DNA from: an uncultured bacterium
Lineage (GTDB): Bacteria; Chlamydiota; Chlamydiia; Chlamydiales; Rhabdochlamydiaceae
NCBI GenBank assembly: GCA_964397905.1
Contig: CAYNKV010000001.1
Span: forward strand, 89-64,088
Direction of reading: 5' to 3'
DNA: 64,000 bases
The first letter of the stretch is position 1. Each line of letters starts with the position of its first letter. Below the pieces are notes generated by a model. The model had not been told where the DNA came from. It did not search any database and saw only the letters and a list, made by a program, of their open reading frames with translations. The position numbers were made by a program, and so were the translations under genes. Of the stretch, positions 1-9,713 are shown piece after piece.

Positions 1-687
1 TTGGTTAATCCTGAACATCTCATTTGCACAGTGACTAAACCTTTAAGGAAAAGATTTCAGTTTAAGGTTGGATATGGAAGAGGATATGTTCTTTCAGAAC
101 GTCATAATCTCCCTAATAGGGAAGAAAATGAGATTCCCATAGACACTGCTTTTTCTCCTGTTCGTTTAGTCAATTGGTATGTTGAAAGTACTCGGGTAGG
201 ACAAAATACTGATTACGATCGCCTGATTATAGATTTAAAAACAGATGGAAGAATTCTTCCTGATGAGGCGATTTCATTTGCTAGCCAGGTAGCTATCATC
301 CATTTCAAAGTGTTTGATTCTTTTCAAAAATATGAGATATCCTTTCCTGCGGATGAAGTGATAAAGCAAGCAGATAGGGATGCCCTCCTATCCAAACTTT
401 CCCTTTCTACAGATCAGATTGAGTTTTCTGTGCGTTCAGGAAACTGCTTATCTGCTTCTGGGATTGCTAATTTAGGTCAATTAGTAGTGAAGGAGGAGGG
501 AGAGCTGCTTGGAGTTAGAAATTTTGGTAGAAAATCTCTCTACGAAATAAAAGAAAAATTGGCTACCATGGGACTTTCTCTTGGAATGGATCTTTCCCGT
601 TTTGGCATTGGTCGCGAAAATATTCAGCAGATAATCGATGATTATCTTATCCATAAAAATCAAGAGGAAGGGGCTAAGGAAGTATGA
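1..687 (+). CDS. rpoA: RNA polymerase alpha subunit (5' truncated by window edge)
   Basis: [26 protein letters not shown] and alpha-[18 protein letters not shown] motifs; precedes rplQ. Confidence 0.97.
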   Translation: MVNPEHLICTVTKPLRKRFQFKVGYGRGYVLSERHNLPNREENEIPIDTAFSPVRLVNWYVESTRVGQNTDYDRLIIDLKTDGRILPDEAISFASQVAIIHFKVFDSFQKYEISFPADEVIKQADRDALLSKLSLSTDQIEFSVRSGNCLSASGIANLGQLVVKEEGELLGVRNFGRKSLYEIKEKLATMGLSLGMDLSRFGIGRENIQQIIDDYLIHKNQEEGAKEV

Positions 688-1115
688 GACATAGAAAGCA
701 CACCTTTAAAATAGGGCGCACTTCATCCCATCGTCGTTGTATGTTGGCAAACATGTTAAAGTCTCTCGTTCATTATGAACGCATAGAGACCACTCTCGCT
801 AAAGCTAAAGAGTTGCGTCGTTATGCAGATCATATAATTACCCTTGCAAAAGAGAACAGTTTAGTAAATCGTAGACGGATTTGCGGAGAGTTAATGGTTC
901 GTTTTAACTCTTTGAGCAGCAAAGAAGCTCGGTTAGCTAAAAAAGGAGAGGCCAATAAATTTTATAATATTGACCGTACCGTAGTAGGTAAGTTGTTTGG
1001 AGAACTTTCAAAAAGATTTGCTTTAAGGAAAGGGGGATATACCCGCATTGTCCGTTTAGGTGAGAGACGAGGAGATAATGCAGCTACATGCCTGATTGAA
1101 TACCTCCCTGAGTAA
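684..1115 (+). CDS. rplQ: 50S ribosomal protein L17
   Basis: [36 protein letters not shown]; chlamydial-type internal insertion. Confidence 0.98.
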   Translation: MRHRKHTFKIGRTSSHRRCMLANMLKSLVHYERIETTLAKAKELRRYADHIITLAKENSLVNRRRICGELMVRFNSLSSKEARLAKKGEANKFYNIDRTVVGKLFGELSKRFALRKGGYTRIVRLGERRGDNAATCLIEYLPE

Positions 1116-1137
1116 GCTATAGAGATAGGTTTAGAAG

Positions 1138-2142
1138 ATGAGGGTCGCTATTAATGGGTTTGGGAGAATTGGGCGTAGATTTCTTCGTTCTGCTATCCGG
1201 GAAGATGATATAGAAGTAGTAGTTATCAACGACCTTGCTTCTCCAGAAAACCTTGCTTATCTATTCAAGTATGATTCTGTATATCGGACAGCTCCTTTTG
1301 ACGTTGAACTAAGAGAGGATAAGCTCTTAATCGATCAGAAAGAGATCTCTATGATTAGTGAGGCAGATCCTCTTCTTTATCCGTGGAAACAGTTTAATAT
1401 AGATTGTGTAGTAGAATCTTCTGGCCGTTTAACCCGATCTGAAAAGGCATCTCTTCATATTGCATCTGGTGCACGGCGAGTAATTATCACAGCTCCCAGC
1501 AACAGCGATATACCTACTTTCGTTATGGCTGTTAACCACACTGACTATGATCCAGGAAAAGATAAAATTATTTCCAACGCTTCATGTACTACCTATTGCC
1601 TTGCGATATTAAGCAAGATTTTAGACGATAATTTTGGCATAGAAGAGGGGTTAATGAGCACAGTTCATGCAACCACTTCTTCTCAATCTACAGTGGATAC
1701 TCCTACAAGGAAAGATTGGAGAATAGGTCGCAGTTCTATCTCTAATATTATACCCGCATCTACTGGTGCGGCGGAGACATTAGGTCGCTGTCTTCCTAAA
1801 CTTGCAGGGAAAATAACGGGTATCGCTTTTCGTGTTCCTGTCCCAGATGGCTCCGTTGTTGACCTAAACGTAAGGCTGAAGCGAGACAGTAGTTATCGTG
1901 AGATCTGCTCCGTGATGAAGGAAGCTTCACAGAGTCACTACAAAGCTGTTTTGGGTTATAGCGAAGATCTTATCGTATCTTCTGATTGCATCGGATCACC
2001 TCTTTCTTGTATTTTCGATGGGAAAGCTGGCGTTGCTTTAAACGACCGATTCTTTAAACTCATCGCTTGGTATGACAATGAGGAAAGTTATGCTCAGAGA
2101 ATTGTCGATCTTATAAAATATATGGCATCAAAAGAGGATTAA
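1138..2142 (+). CDS. gapA: Glyceraldehyde-3-phosphate dehydrogenase (type I)
   Basis: INGFGRIGR, SNASCTT, NIIPASTGAA, WYDNE motifs. Confidence 0.95.
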   Translation: MRVAINGFGRIGRRFLRSAIREDDIEVVVINDLASPENLAYLFKYDSVYRTAPFDVELREDKLLIDQKEISMISEADPLLYPWKQFNIDCVVESSGRLTRSEKASLHIASGARRVIITAPSNSDIPTFVMAVNHTDYDPGKDKIISNASCTTYCLAILSKILDDNFGIEEGLMSTVHATTSSQSTVDTPTRKDWRIGRSSISNIIPASTGAAETLGRCLPKLAGKITGIAFRVPVPDGSVVDLNVRLKRDSSYREICSVMKEASQSHYKAVLGYSEDLIVSSDCIGSPLSCIFDGKAGVALNDRFFKLIAWYDNEESYAQRIVDLIKYMASKED

Positions 2143-2146
2143 TAAG

Positions 2147-2758
2147 GTGAATTTTACTCGAGAACCGATTTTAGAGACAATCATTACAGCAAGGTCTGGT
2201 TATTATCTTCTAGTCCAAAGCATTAGCAACCCCTCATCGCAGTTTAGAGCAGAGTCAGTACAAGTGATCTCTTTTGGCAAGGATAGCTTCTACTGTTCTT
2301 TAGAAAAGCCCTCTTTTTTAGCCCCTGTTAGATATTACGAGATAAGGGAGAGCAAAGAGGAATGGATCCCTTTAAAAGGAGTTAAGTTAGAAAGCAGAGA
2401 AAAATCTGGAAACAACAGAGAGATTTCCCATAAAGAACTCCATAGCGAAGAAAAAGCTGCTTCAGATAATAATGGAATGCCCAATAAAAACAAAAAACGA
2501 GACCACCCGCGACGTCGGCATGAGGAGAAAGGAAAGAAAGAGCCATTGGTTCCAACAGTTTCCGATAATAAGAAAGTAGAAGAGAATTATTCTGATGGAA
2601 AAGAGTCTTTTTCTCGATTTGTTCCCCTAATTCCTGTCCCAACTAAATTGATTTCTGATAGTGTCCATCGCTATAAAGAGCAACAAAGTGAGAGTGGACT
2701 AGCTGGTAAAGAGCCCTCCCCTTCTGAAGAGAGTAGAGAGGGATTTTCTGAATTGTGA
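2147..2758 (+). CDS. grgA: Chlamydial transcription factor GrgA (CT504-like)
   Basis: N-terminus MNFTREPILETIITARSGY resembles recalled GrgA (MYFTRDPVIETVITSREGY); basic central region; conserved position after gapA. Confidence 0.8.
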   Translation: MNFTREPILETIITARSGYYLLVQSISNPSSQFRAESVQVISFGKDSFYCSLEKPSFLAPVRYYEIRESKEEWIPLKGVKLESREKSGNNREISHKELHSEEKAASDNNGMPNKNKKRDHPRRRHEEKGKKEPLVPTVSDNKKVEENYSDGKESFSRFVPLIPVPTKLISDSVHRYKEQQSESGLAGKEPSPSEESREGFSEL

Positions 2759-2769
2759 GAGCCATCTTT

Positions 2770-2853
<84 letters not shown>

Positions 2854-2883
2854 TTTTCGGATATAGCAGGAGGGTTTATCCCG

Positions 2884-3609
2884 ATGTTATTCAGAAAGAT
2901 TCTATGCTTCTTTTTTTGTCTCTATGAATCCTTCTGTTATTCCCAAGAAAATTTCTTATCTGGACATGCTCAATTATTGCTCGTTACCACAGAGGGATGG
3001 AATAATAGCAGGGGAGAGCTTCTCTTATATCAAAGAGAAAATGATGAAGAGAACTGGACCGTTGTTGGAGAAGCTATGCCAGTCGTAGTTGGAAGAAATG
3101 GCCTAGCATGGGGAATCGGCCTCCATCCTTCGAGCGAAGAGGGGATTTATAAAAAAGAGGGAGATGGAAAATCTCCTGCAGGAGTTTTTTCTCTCGGCAT
3201 CCTATTTGGCTTTGCCAGCAGTTTAGAATCTCAGATGAAATACCTCCCTTTAAATCCATTTATAGAAGCAGTAGATGATCCAACTTCTCGATACTACAAT
3301 ACCATTGTAGATAGAAGAAAGGTCACCCCTGACTGGAATAGTTCAGAAAAAATGGGAGAGCAGCCTCTTTACCAGCTGGGAATTGCTCTAAATCATAATT
3401 TCCCAGATCCAAAACCAGCGGCAGGATCTGCTATTTTCTTACATATTTGGCGCAGCGCGAACTCAGGAACGGCAGGATGCACCGCTCTCGACCTCCAAAA
3501 TTTAAGTAAAATCATATCCTGGCTAGAAGAGAAGAAGAAGCCACTACTAATACAGCTTCCTATCCATGAATACAAGAGAGTGCAAGATCAGTGGGGACTG
3601 CCTAGATAA
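2884..3609 (+). CDS. Exported L,D-transpeptidase/carboxypeptidase (YkuD-like) family protein
   Basis: Signal-peptide-like start at ATG 2884; KKEGDGKSPAGVF and AIFLHIW..GTAGC (His/Cys) motifs. Confidence 0.8.
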   Translation: MLFRKILCFFFCLYESFCYSQENFLSGHAQLLLVTTEGWNNSRGELLLYQRENDEENWTVVGEAMPVVVGRNGLAWGIGLHPSSEEGIYKKEGDGKSPAGVFSLGILFGFASSLESQMKYLPLNPFIEAVDDPTSRYYNTIVDRRKVTPDWNSSEKMGEQPLYQLGIALNHNFPDPKPAAGSAIFLHIWRSANSGTAGCTALDLQNLSKIISWLEEKKKPLLIQLPIHEYKRVQDQWGLPR

Positions 3610-3631
3610 TTGATCCTCTCGAAAAGAAAAG

Positions 3632-4570
3632 CTAAGAGAGGCCGAACGGGTTCGCCTCTTCCTCAATCGGATGCTCTTTTTCTAAGAGAGATTTACCCCC
3701 TCTCTGAAGCAGGTAGTTCTCAGCCATGAGAGGATCTATTCTTCTTGCTGAATTAAAAGTGTACCTCTCATTGTTTATATTGCTGACCATCACTAAAGGC
3801 AATTCTGTTATCCCCGAATGAATAAACAGATCATCGCCGAGATAGAATCCCACATGATTAATCTTGCTGCTCCCAAAGAAAACAAGATCGCCCGCTCTTA
3901 GCTCCTCTTTCGGAACAGCAACAAAAAGATCGCAGAGCGCCTGCTTCTGAGAATTGTGGGGAAGCAGAAACCCCATCTCTCTAAAAATCATTTGGATAAA
4001 ACCCGAGCAGTCGAACCCATAAGAAGAGGCACCCGCCCAGGTATAAGGAAGTCCTAAAAATTTCTTAGATAAAGCAAGCGCTTCCTCCAAAGTTTTAAGC
4101 TGGTAAGAAAAGTCGAGATCGCCCCGCTGAATCCAAGCTTTCTCCCCATTCAACAGCTCTATAGGAATCCAACGCTCACTCGCATCAATGCTCTTATCTA
4201 ACTTTACCTTAGAACCATAGGTTATAGTAAGAAGAGGAGGATAAGGAGTTGTGTCGGTCACCCGGTAAATATGAGCAAAAAGATTCTTAACAGGTATCAG
4301 ATCTTCACTCGCCTCGTAGGATCGATTGACCGTAAGCTGAGAAGAGGGAACCCATCCTTCTACCCCATCTTCCAATCTGATCTTCGACCACCCGTCCGTA
4401 TCCTCCAACAGCTCCACAGGAGTTCCGTAAATAGCTTGAGAATAGACTTCGCACTCTTCCGTAGGTCTAGAGTAAACATTTGCCACAGATCTATTGATAA
4501 GCGAAGCAGTGCATAGATCTCCGAAAGTGAGAAAAAATCCAGCTAAAACTAAAAAAAACAGTGCACGCAT
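3632..4570 (-). CDS. SH3 + NlpC/P60 peptidase (YkfC/dipeptidyl-peptidase VI-like)
   Basis: Signal peptide, two SH3b-like segments (GWSKIRLEDGVEGWV), PYTWAG..GFDCSGF, GDLVFF, HVG. Confidence 0.9.
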   Translation of the reverse strand: MRALFFLVLAGFFLTFGDLCTASLINRSVANVYSRPTEECEVYSQAIYGTPVELLEDTDGWSKIRLEDGVEGWVPSSQLTVNRSYEASEDLIPVKNLFAHIYRVTDTTPYPPLLTITYGSKVKLDKSIDASERWIPIELLNGEKAWIQRGDLDFSYQLKTLEEALALSKKFLGLPYTWAGASSYGFDCSGFIQMIFREMGFLLPHNSQKQALCDLFVAVPKEELRAGDLVFFGSSKINHVGFYLGDDLFIHSGITELPLVMVSNINNERYTFNSARRIDPLMAENYLLQRGGKSLLEKEHPIEEEANPFGLS

Positions 4571-4676
4571 AAAACCCTCCCCTCCAACTCCAAGAGAGAA
4601 TCGTATCGAAAAAAGAGAATATAATCAAAAAACATTTAGGTCCCTTTCTTTAGCTTTTTTTAGGATGAAAAAAAAG

Positions 4677-5939
4677 CTATTCGTGGTACCAGTCAACATA
4701 GTCTTGAGGGTGAATAAGAGCTTCGTTTCCACCTTTTGGTGGAAAAAGAGGAACATCCCTAATAAAAGCCTCCCATGAGCGCAGAACAAACCCTTCTATC
4801 CTAGATCTACCTGGATTTTTGATCACAGGTTCCAGTTTTTTTTTGTTAGCAAGAATCGGTTTTTCCCCTGGAGTTTGTGCGGGTATTTTCATCTTTCTCA
4901 CAAAAAGATCTTCCGCAGAGCTAGCAATCATCTGATTCTCCTTCAACACAATCCCCTCATCCATATGGTCGGAACTTTTATTTCCTGGAAATACATAAAT
5001 AATGTCTCCCGACTGAGAGATAACTTCCGCCGCTTTAAGCGATAGGAATGGACGTTCGAAAGATCCATCCCCCGGTTGAGAAACATCATTCTTGACGAAA
5101 ATCAGTTGGATCGGCTCACTTTTCTTATTTAACAGGGTAGTTTCCGGAACAACCTTTCTTTGAATAGGGATAATTTCATTCCGGACGATCCGATGAAAGG
5201 AAAAATCTTTGGTAGAAGCTCTTCGATTAGGCAATGGGAAGCTGAAAGAGAGAGCGCCTTGTAAGCGGAGATGAAAAAGTCGATCCAAAGTAAGATCACA
5301 CCCCAGCTTGAAGAAACGCCCCAGGTCGAAACTCGCATAGGCTTTTCCACCCAATGCTCTTCCAGCCTCAATTCCATGATGACTTCGATGGAAGAGATAG
5401 TAGCTCCCTAAGCCTACCTCAATCGAAGGAGAGATAAAGGTGGCTATCTCAGCCTCAACAGAAGGAAGTGTTGCCCTAAAATCTTTCTCAACAATCAGAT
5501 GATAGCCGGAAAAACTTTTGAATGAATTAGTCTCTAAGTTTTCAAGATCTCCGACAGGAAGATAGCCATTGATCCGAAAAGAGTTTTTTTTGCCTAACCA
5601 TTCTAACCCAGCACCCAGCTGATGGCCGAACAGATGAGGAAAATGGCGCAGATCGTAAAACCCATTAATGCCGATCTGACTTCCATCTACATCTATCGTA
5701 GATCGCAATCCGACTCCAAAATTGGCAGCCATATTTCCATTGTTAAGAAGATGACCACGCAGATCTAAGAGAAATTCGAAAGGAGAAGTTTCGCTATTTA
5801 AAAAATAGAGCAGAGAAGTATACCCCGAGTTGTACCCTACTCCTCCCGCCTCTCTTTGCTTAAGTTCTAGCTCCATCTGTAGAGCTCCAAGCTGAACAAA
5901 AAGAATAGAACATATAGTAGCAAGAAAGATATTGCGCAT
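4677..5939 (-). CDS. Inverse-autotransporter-type beta-barrel outer membrane protein with short passenger
   Basis: Signal peptide; ANFGVGLR, GINGFYD, QLGAGLEW, RINGYLP barrel strands; C-terminal GDGSFERPF..GDIIYVFPG motif. Confidence 0.7.
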   Translation of the reverse strand: MRNIFLATICSILFVQLGALQMELELKQREAGGVGYNSGYTSLLYFLNSETSPFEFLLDLRGHLLNNGNMAANFGVGLRSTIDVDGSQIGINGFYDLRHFPHLFGHQLGAGLEWLGKKNSFRINGYLPVGDLENLETNSFKSFSGYHLIVEKDFRATLPSVEAEIATFISPSIEVGLGSYYLFHRSHHGIEAGRALGGKAYASFDLGRFFKLGCDLTLDRLFHLRLQGALSFSFPLPNRRASTKDFSFHRIVRNEIIPIQRKVVPETTLLNKKSEPIQLIFVKNDVSQPGDGSFERPFLSLKAAEVISQSGDIIYVFPGNKSSDHMDEGIVLKENQMIASSAEDLFVRKMKIPAQTPGEKPILANKKKLEPVIKNPGRSRIEGFVLRSWEAFIRDVPLFPPKGGNEALIHPQDYVDWYHE

Positions 5940-6057
5940 AATCCCTAATTAAATCTAATCTAGAGAATTTCTATTTGATAAGCAAATGCGGTTTTGAAAT
6001 AAACTGAGATAATTTTAGATCTATAAATCAATTATGAACCTTCGATTTAAATAATTT

Positions 6058-7452
6058 ATGAAAAAAAAGATCCCTTTTATTTCGCTCGTTCTCCTCATTG
6101 TTGCAGCTATAGATAGCCTCCGCAACCTTCCCAGCGCTGCACTCTTTGGTAGCTCTTTGATTTTCTTCTTTCTTTTCTCTGCGCTCCTTTTTCTCATTCC
6201 AACCGCTTTAGTGGCTGCCGAACTCTCCGCTATATTTCCTGAAAAGGGAGGCATTTATTATTGGGTCCATCGAGCCTTTGGAGAAAAGTGGGCTCTTCTT
6301 GCCATCTGGCTTCAATGGATTAACACGATGATCTGGTATCCAACCATACTCCTTTTTGTCTCTGGTGTAGGCGCTTATCTGATTGATCCCAATCTAGTCC
6401 ATCACAAAGGTTACCTCCTTCTTTTCAGCTTAACTCTTTTTTGGACCATCACCTTCCTCAACTGGAAAGGAATCTATTTGTCCACACTGATCAACAACCT
6501 CTGCGTTCTTCTAGGTACCATCTTTCCTATCCTCTTTCTGATCGGTTTGACAGCAGTATGGATCAGCTCTGGAGCGTCACTCCAAATCGAATTCACCTGG
6601 GACAAACTGCTTCCCTCTTTCCACGATTCGAATAATTGGATTGCACTAATAGCGATCATGGCCTCCTTCCTTGGAATGGAACTCTCCGGCGTCCATGTAA
6701 ACGAAATCCGATCTCCTCAGAAAAATTTTCCAAGAGCGATCCTGTTGGCCAGCTTTTTTATTCTGATTTCTATGACCCTCGGCTCACTTGCCGTTGCCGT
6801 CGTCATACCCCGCTCCGAGATAGAGCTCTCTTCAGGAGTAATGCAGCTTTTTAGCCGCCTTTTTTCATTGTTTGGATTCGATTATTTCGCCTCTTGGCTG
6901 ACTCCTTTGTTGATCTTCATTGGCTCCGTCGGAGCGATCATCAACTGGCTTATTTCGCCGGCCAAAGGACTTCTTCATGCAGCAGAATTTGGCTTTTTAC
7001 CCCTCTTTTTCACTCGCACTAACAAAGCAGGCGTTCCCGTCAACATCCTGTTGATTCAGGCAATTTTAGTAAGTCTTTTTTGCCTCGTTTTCTTCTTCGT
7101 TCCCACCGTTAACAGCTCCTATTGGTTTTTGACCGCCCTCAGCACAGAGCTCTACATGGTAATGTATATCCTTATGTTTGCCGCAGCCCTATTTCTCCAC
7201 TATAAATATATAAAACGCCCCGCCGCTTTCAAAATCCCGGGAGGTTCTTTCGGCATCTGGCTTGTTGCATCGCTAGGGATGTTTGGCTGCATAGCCACCA
7301 TCACCGTCACCTTTTTACCACCAGAGCATATACCGATAATCAAGCCCTGGTTATACCTCCTCTTTATCCTAATAGGCAATCTAGTAGCACTCCTTCCCCT
7401 CCCTTTCCTCTATCGCTGCCGACGACCCGATCATCACCGCGTTCGCCTTTAA
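6058..7452 (+). CDS. APC family amino acid permease (GadC-like)
   Basis: About 12 hydrophobic segments; AEL..PEKGGIYYWV, GMELS, PQKNFPRA. Confidence 0.9.
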   Translation: MKKKIPFISLVLLIVAAIDSLRNLPSAALFGSSLIFFFLFSALLFLIPTALVAAELSAIFPEKGGIYYWVHRAFGEKWALLAIWLQWINTMIWYPTILLFVSGVGAYLIDPNLVHHKGYLLLFSLTLFWTITFLNWKGIYLSTLINNLCVLLGTIFPILFLIGLTAVWISSGASLQIEFTWDKLLPSFHDSNNWIALIAIMASFLGMELSGVHVNEIRSPQKNFPRAILLASFFILISMTLGSLAVAVVIPRSEIELSSGVMQLFSRLFSLFGFDYFASWLTPLLIFIGSVGAIINWLISPAKGLLHAAEFGFLPLFFTRTNKAGVPVNILLIQAILVSLFCLVFFFVPTVNSSYWFLTALSTELYMVMYILMFAAALFLHYKYIKRPAAFKIPGGSFGIWLVASLGMFGCIATITVTFLPPEHIPIIKPWLYLLFILIGNLVALLPLPFLYRCRRPDHHRVRL

Positions 7453-7462
7453 CAAACACTTC

Positions 7463-8701
7463 CTATGGATAGAGCAAATATTTTTTTCTTTTTTCGATAA
7501 AATCGCCCCTCTTATCCTTATCTATCTGTGCGATCTTCCAGCTCGCATATTTCTCATGGAGAAGAAAATCTAACACCCTGCTCGTCCCATTGATTTTATT
7601 AAACAGCTCCCTCCTTTCCTTAGAAAGCGCTGTTAAACCCTTCATCACTTCCCTAGGATAGAGTGTTTTTAATATTCCCATGATCAGATATCCCGCTGTC
7701 ACTGGAGCAAGTTGAGCCCGATCTTCTACCAGAAGATAGACCCCCTGACACTCCTCTCCCTTATAAAGACCAAAGTAAGGCTTAAAGTAGAAAGGAAGAC
7801 AACTAATTCCTGGCAACTTATGCCGATTCAATCTGTCTGCTAATAGCTTAGCATCAATCCAGGGAGCTCCTATCAACTTAAAAGGAAGCGTATAGCCTAC
7901 CCCATTGTTAACAATTCCAAGCTCACCTAAGATCCCCGTTATAGGATAGAATAGAGGCGTATCAGCCTCAGCGATCTGAGGACTAGTAGGAACCCACGCC
8001 AAACCGGTCGACCCAAACCCCATCTCCCTCTTCCACCCCCTCATAGGAATAACCGTTAACTTACACCCTATCCGATACTCTTCGTTAAAAAAACGAGCCA
8101 ACTCAGCTATCGTCATCCCATGACAGTAAGGCACATTAATATAGCCGACAAAAGAGCGATACCGCTCCTCCAACATCGGTCCATCTACAATCGTTCCCCC
8201 CATTGGATTAGGACGATCAAACACCCACAGCTCTATCCCATATCGTGCCGCCTCCTCCATCATATAGTAGAGCGTCGTAGCGTAGGTGTAGGAGCGAGAG
8301 CCAATCTCCTGAATGTCATAGATGATTAAGTCGATCCCCTCCAACATCTTCTTAGAAGGACGACGATCAGCCCCATAGAGAGAGTAGATCCGTACCCCAT
8401 CCAGAATTGCATCATGCACCTTTTCCCCCGCCCTTTCACTTCCTAAAAAACCATGCTCTGGAGAAAAGAGCGCCACCAGGTTAACCCCGCCTGCTTTCAG
8501 CCTCTCCAACGTAGAACGCCTCTGCCCATCTATTGCCGTATGATTAGTCACCAGCCCAATCCGCTTTCCCTCAAATCGGGCAAGATAATCTTCCTCGAAA
8601 AAACGATCCACACCCAGCTCTATCCCCTTTGCCCAAAGAGAGACCACCCCGATCGAGAGCATCCAAACCAGCCTACAACAGAACCGAAAAACCATAAACA
8701 C
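7463..8701 (-). CDS. DUF1343 family exo-beta-N-acetylmuramidase (NamZ-like)
   Basis: GLVTNHT, LFSPEHG, SLYG, YDIQEIGSRSYTY, DRPNPMGG, HGMTIAELA, WVPTSP. Confidence 0.9.
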   Translation of the reverse strand: MFMVFRFCCRLVWMLSIGVVSLWAKGIELGVDRFFEEDYLARFEGKRIGLVTNHTAIDGQRRSTLERLKAGGVNLVALFSPEHGFLGSERAGEKVHDAILDGVRIYSLYGADRRPSKKMLEGIDLIIYDIQEIGSRSYTYATTLYYMMEEAARYGIELWVFDRPNPMGGTIVDGPMLEERYRSFVGYINVPYCHGMTIAELARFFNEEYRIGCKLTVIPMRGWKREMGFGSTGLAWVPTSPQIAEADTPLFYPITGILGELGIVNNGVGYTLPFKLIGAPWIDAKLLADRLNRHKLPGISCLPFYFKPYFGLYKGEECQGVYLLVEDRAQLAPVTAGYLIMGILKTLYPREVMKGLTALSKERRELFNKINGTSRVLDFLLHEKYASWKIAQIDKDKRGDFIEKRKKYLLYP

Positions 8702-8716
8702 CCCAAACTGAATGAT

Positions 8717-8774
8717 AAAAAAAGAGCCCCTATCCCGAAGTCTTCACACGAAGAACCGTTACAGAATAGAGGCT
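8717..8774 (-). terminator. Stem-loop plus U-tract downstream of RRM gene
   Basis: Minus strand AGCCTCTATTCTG...CGGGATAGGGGCT followed by CTTTTTTT, with inner TCTTC/GAAGA hairpin. Confidence 0.55.
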
Positions 8775-8792
8775 AGATGAGAAACAACTTGT

Positions 8793-9116
8793 CTAATAGC
8801 GATCGCGCTGACGATGAGAAGACTTTCCTCCTCCCCATCCACTACCTGCTCTCTCCTCGCGCGGCTGCGGAGGACGAGCCATGCTAACCACTAGAGTTCT
8901 GCCCCCTAACTCAGAGCCATTCACTCCATCGATCGCCTTTTGTGCATCAGCACTATTTTCCATTTCCACGAAAGCAAACCCTTTCGATTGACCAGTCACC
9001 CGATCAGTAACAATCTTTACCGAAACTACTCTTCCATATTGGCTGAAAATCTGGTTCAGATCATCCTCCGTAGTCCGGTAGGGAAGACTTCCCACGTACA
9101 ATTTCTGATTTTGCAT
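8793..9116 (-). CDS. RRM (RNP-1) RNA-binding protein with Gly/Arg-rich tail
   Basis: RNP2 KLYVGSL and RNP1 KGFAFVEM. Confidence 0.95.
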   Translation of the reverse strand: MQNQKLYVGSLPYRTTEDDLNQIFSQYGRVVSVKIVTDRVTGQSKGFAFVEMENSADAQKAIDGVNGSELGGRTLVVSMARPPQPREERAGSGWGGGKSSHRQRDRY

Positions 9117-9320
9117 AAGATTCCTTTATATTAAAAAAGTCTGATCGATCTTCTCCCTAGGCAAAACAACTTGCACGCTGGTAAGAAACAGTCAATCAAC
9201 AACTCTGGAATGAAGTATAGCCGATTCCACCATTGATCTACCAGCGATTTTTTTTCTTTCCATTTTTTTTCTTGATTATTTTTCTCCCTTCGTTGAAGAT
9301 GGACCCATTTGCGAGGAGAC

Positions 9321-9713
9321 ATGAGAAAAATAGCCTGGATAGTAGCTTCCCTCTTTATCATCCCCATTTATGCGTCCGAAGCAGCCCCTGCAGCCCAGCC
9401 GAACAGTTTGCCCCACACCCTCATGCTGCTCGCTTTGGGGATACTCTTCTTCTACTTCATCCTCTGGCGTCCCGAACAGAAGAGAAGAAAGAAACTAGAA
9501 GCGCAGCGCAGCTCCCTCAAGAAGGGGGACCGCGTCATCATCCTCGGAGGCATCATCGCCACCGTTGCCCAGATAGAGAAGAGCAGCATCACCCTCAAGC
9601 TGGTCGATGGATCGAAGATGGAAATCCTTCCTACCGCCATCTCCGAGGTCCAAAACCTCCTCCCAGAAAGCAGCATCACCGAAGCAGCTAGCGACAAGCC
9701 TACTTGTTCTTAG
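9321..9713 (+). CDS. yajC: Preprotein translocase subunit YajC
   Basis: FFYFILWRPEQKRRK..SLKKGDRVIILGGI. Confidence 0.92.
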   Translation: MRKIAWIVASLFIIPIYASEAAPAAQPNSLPHTLMLLALGILFFYFILWRPEQKRRKKLEAQRSSLKKGDRVIILGGIIATVAQIEKSSITLKLVDGSKMEILPTAISEVQNLLPESSITEAASDKPTCS

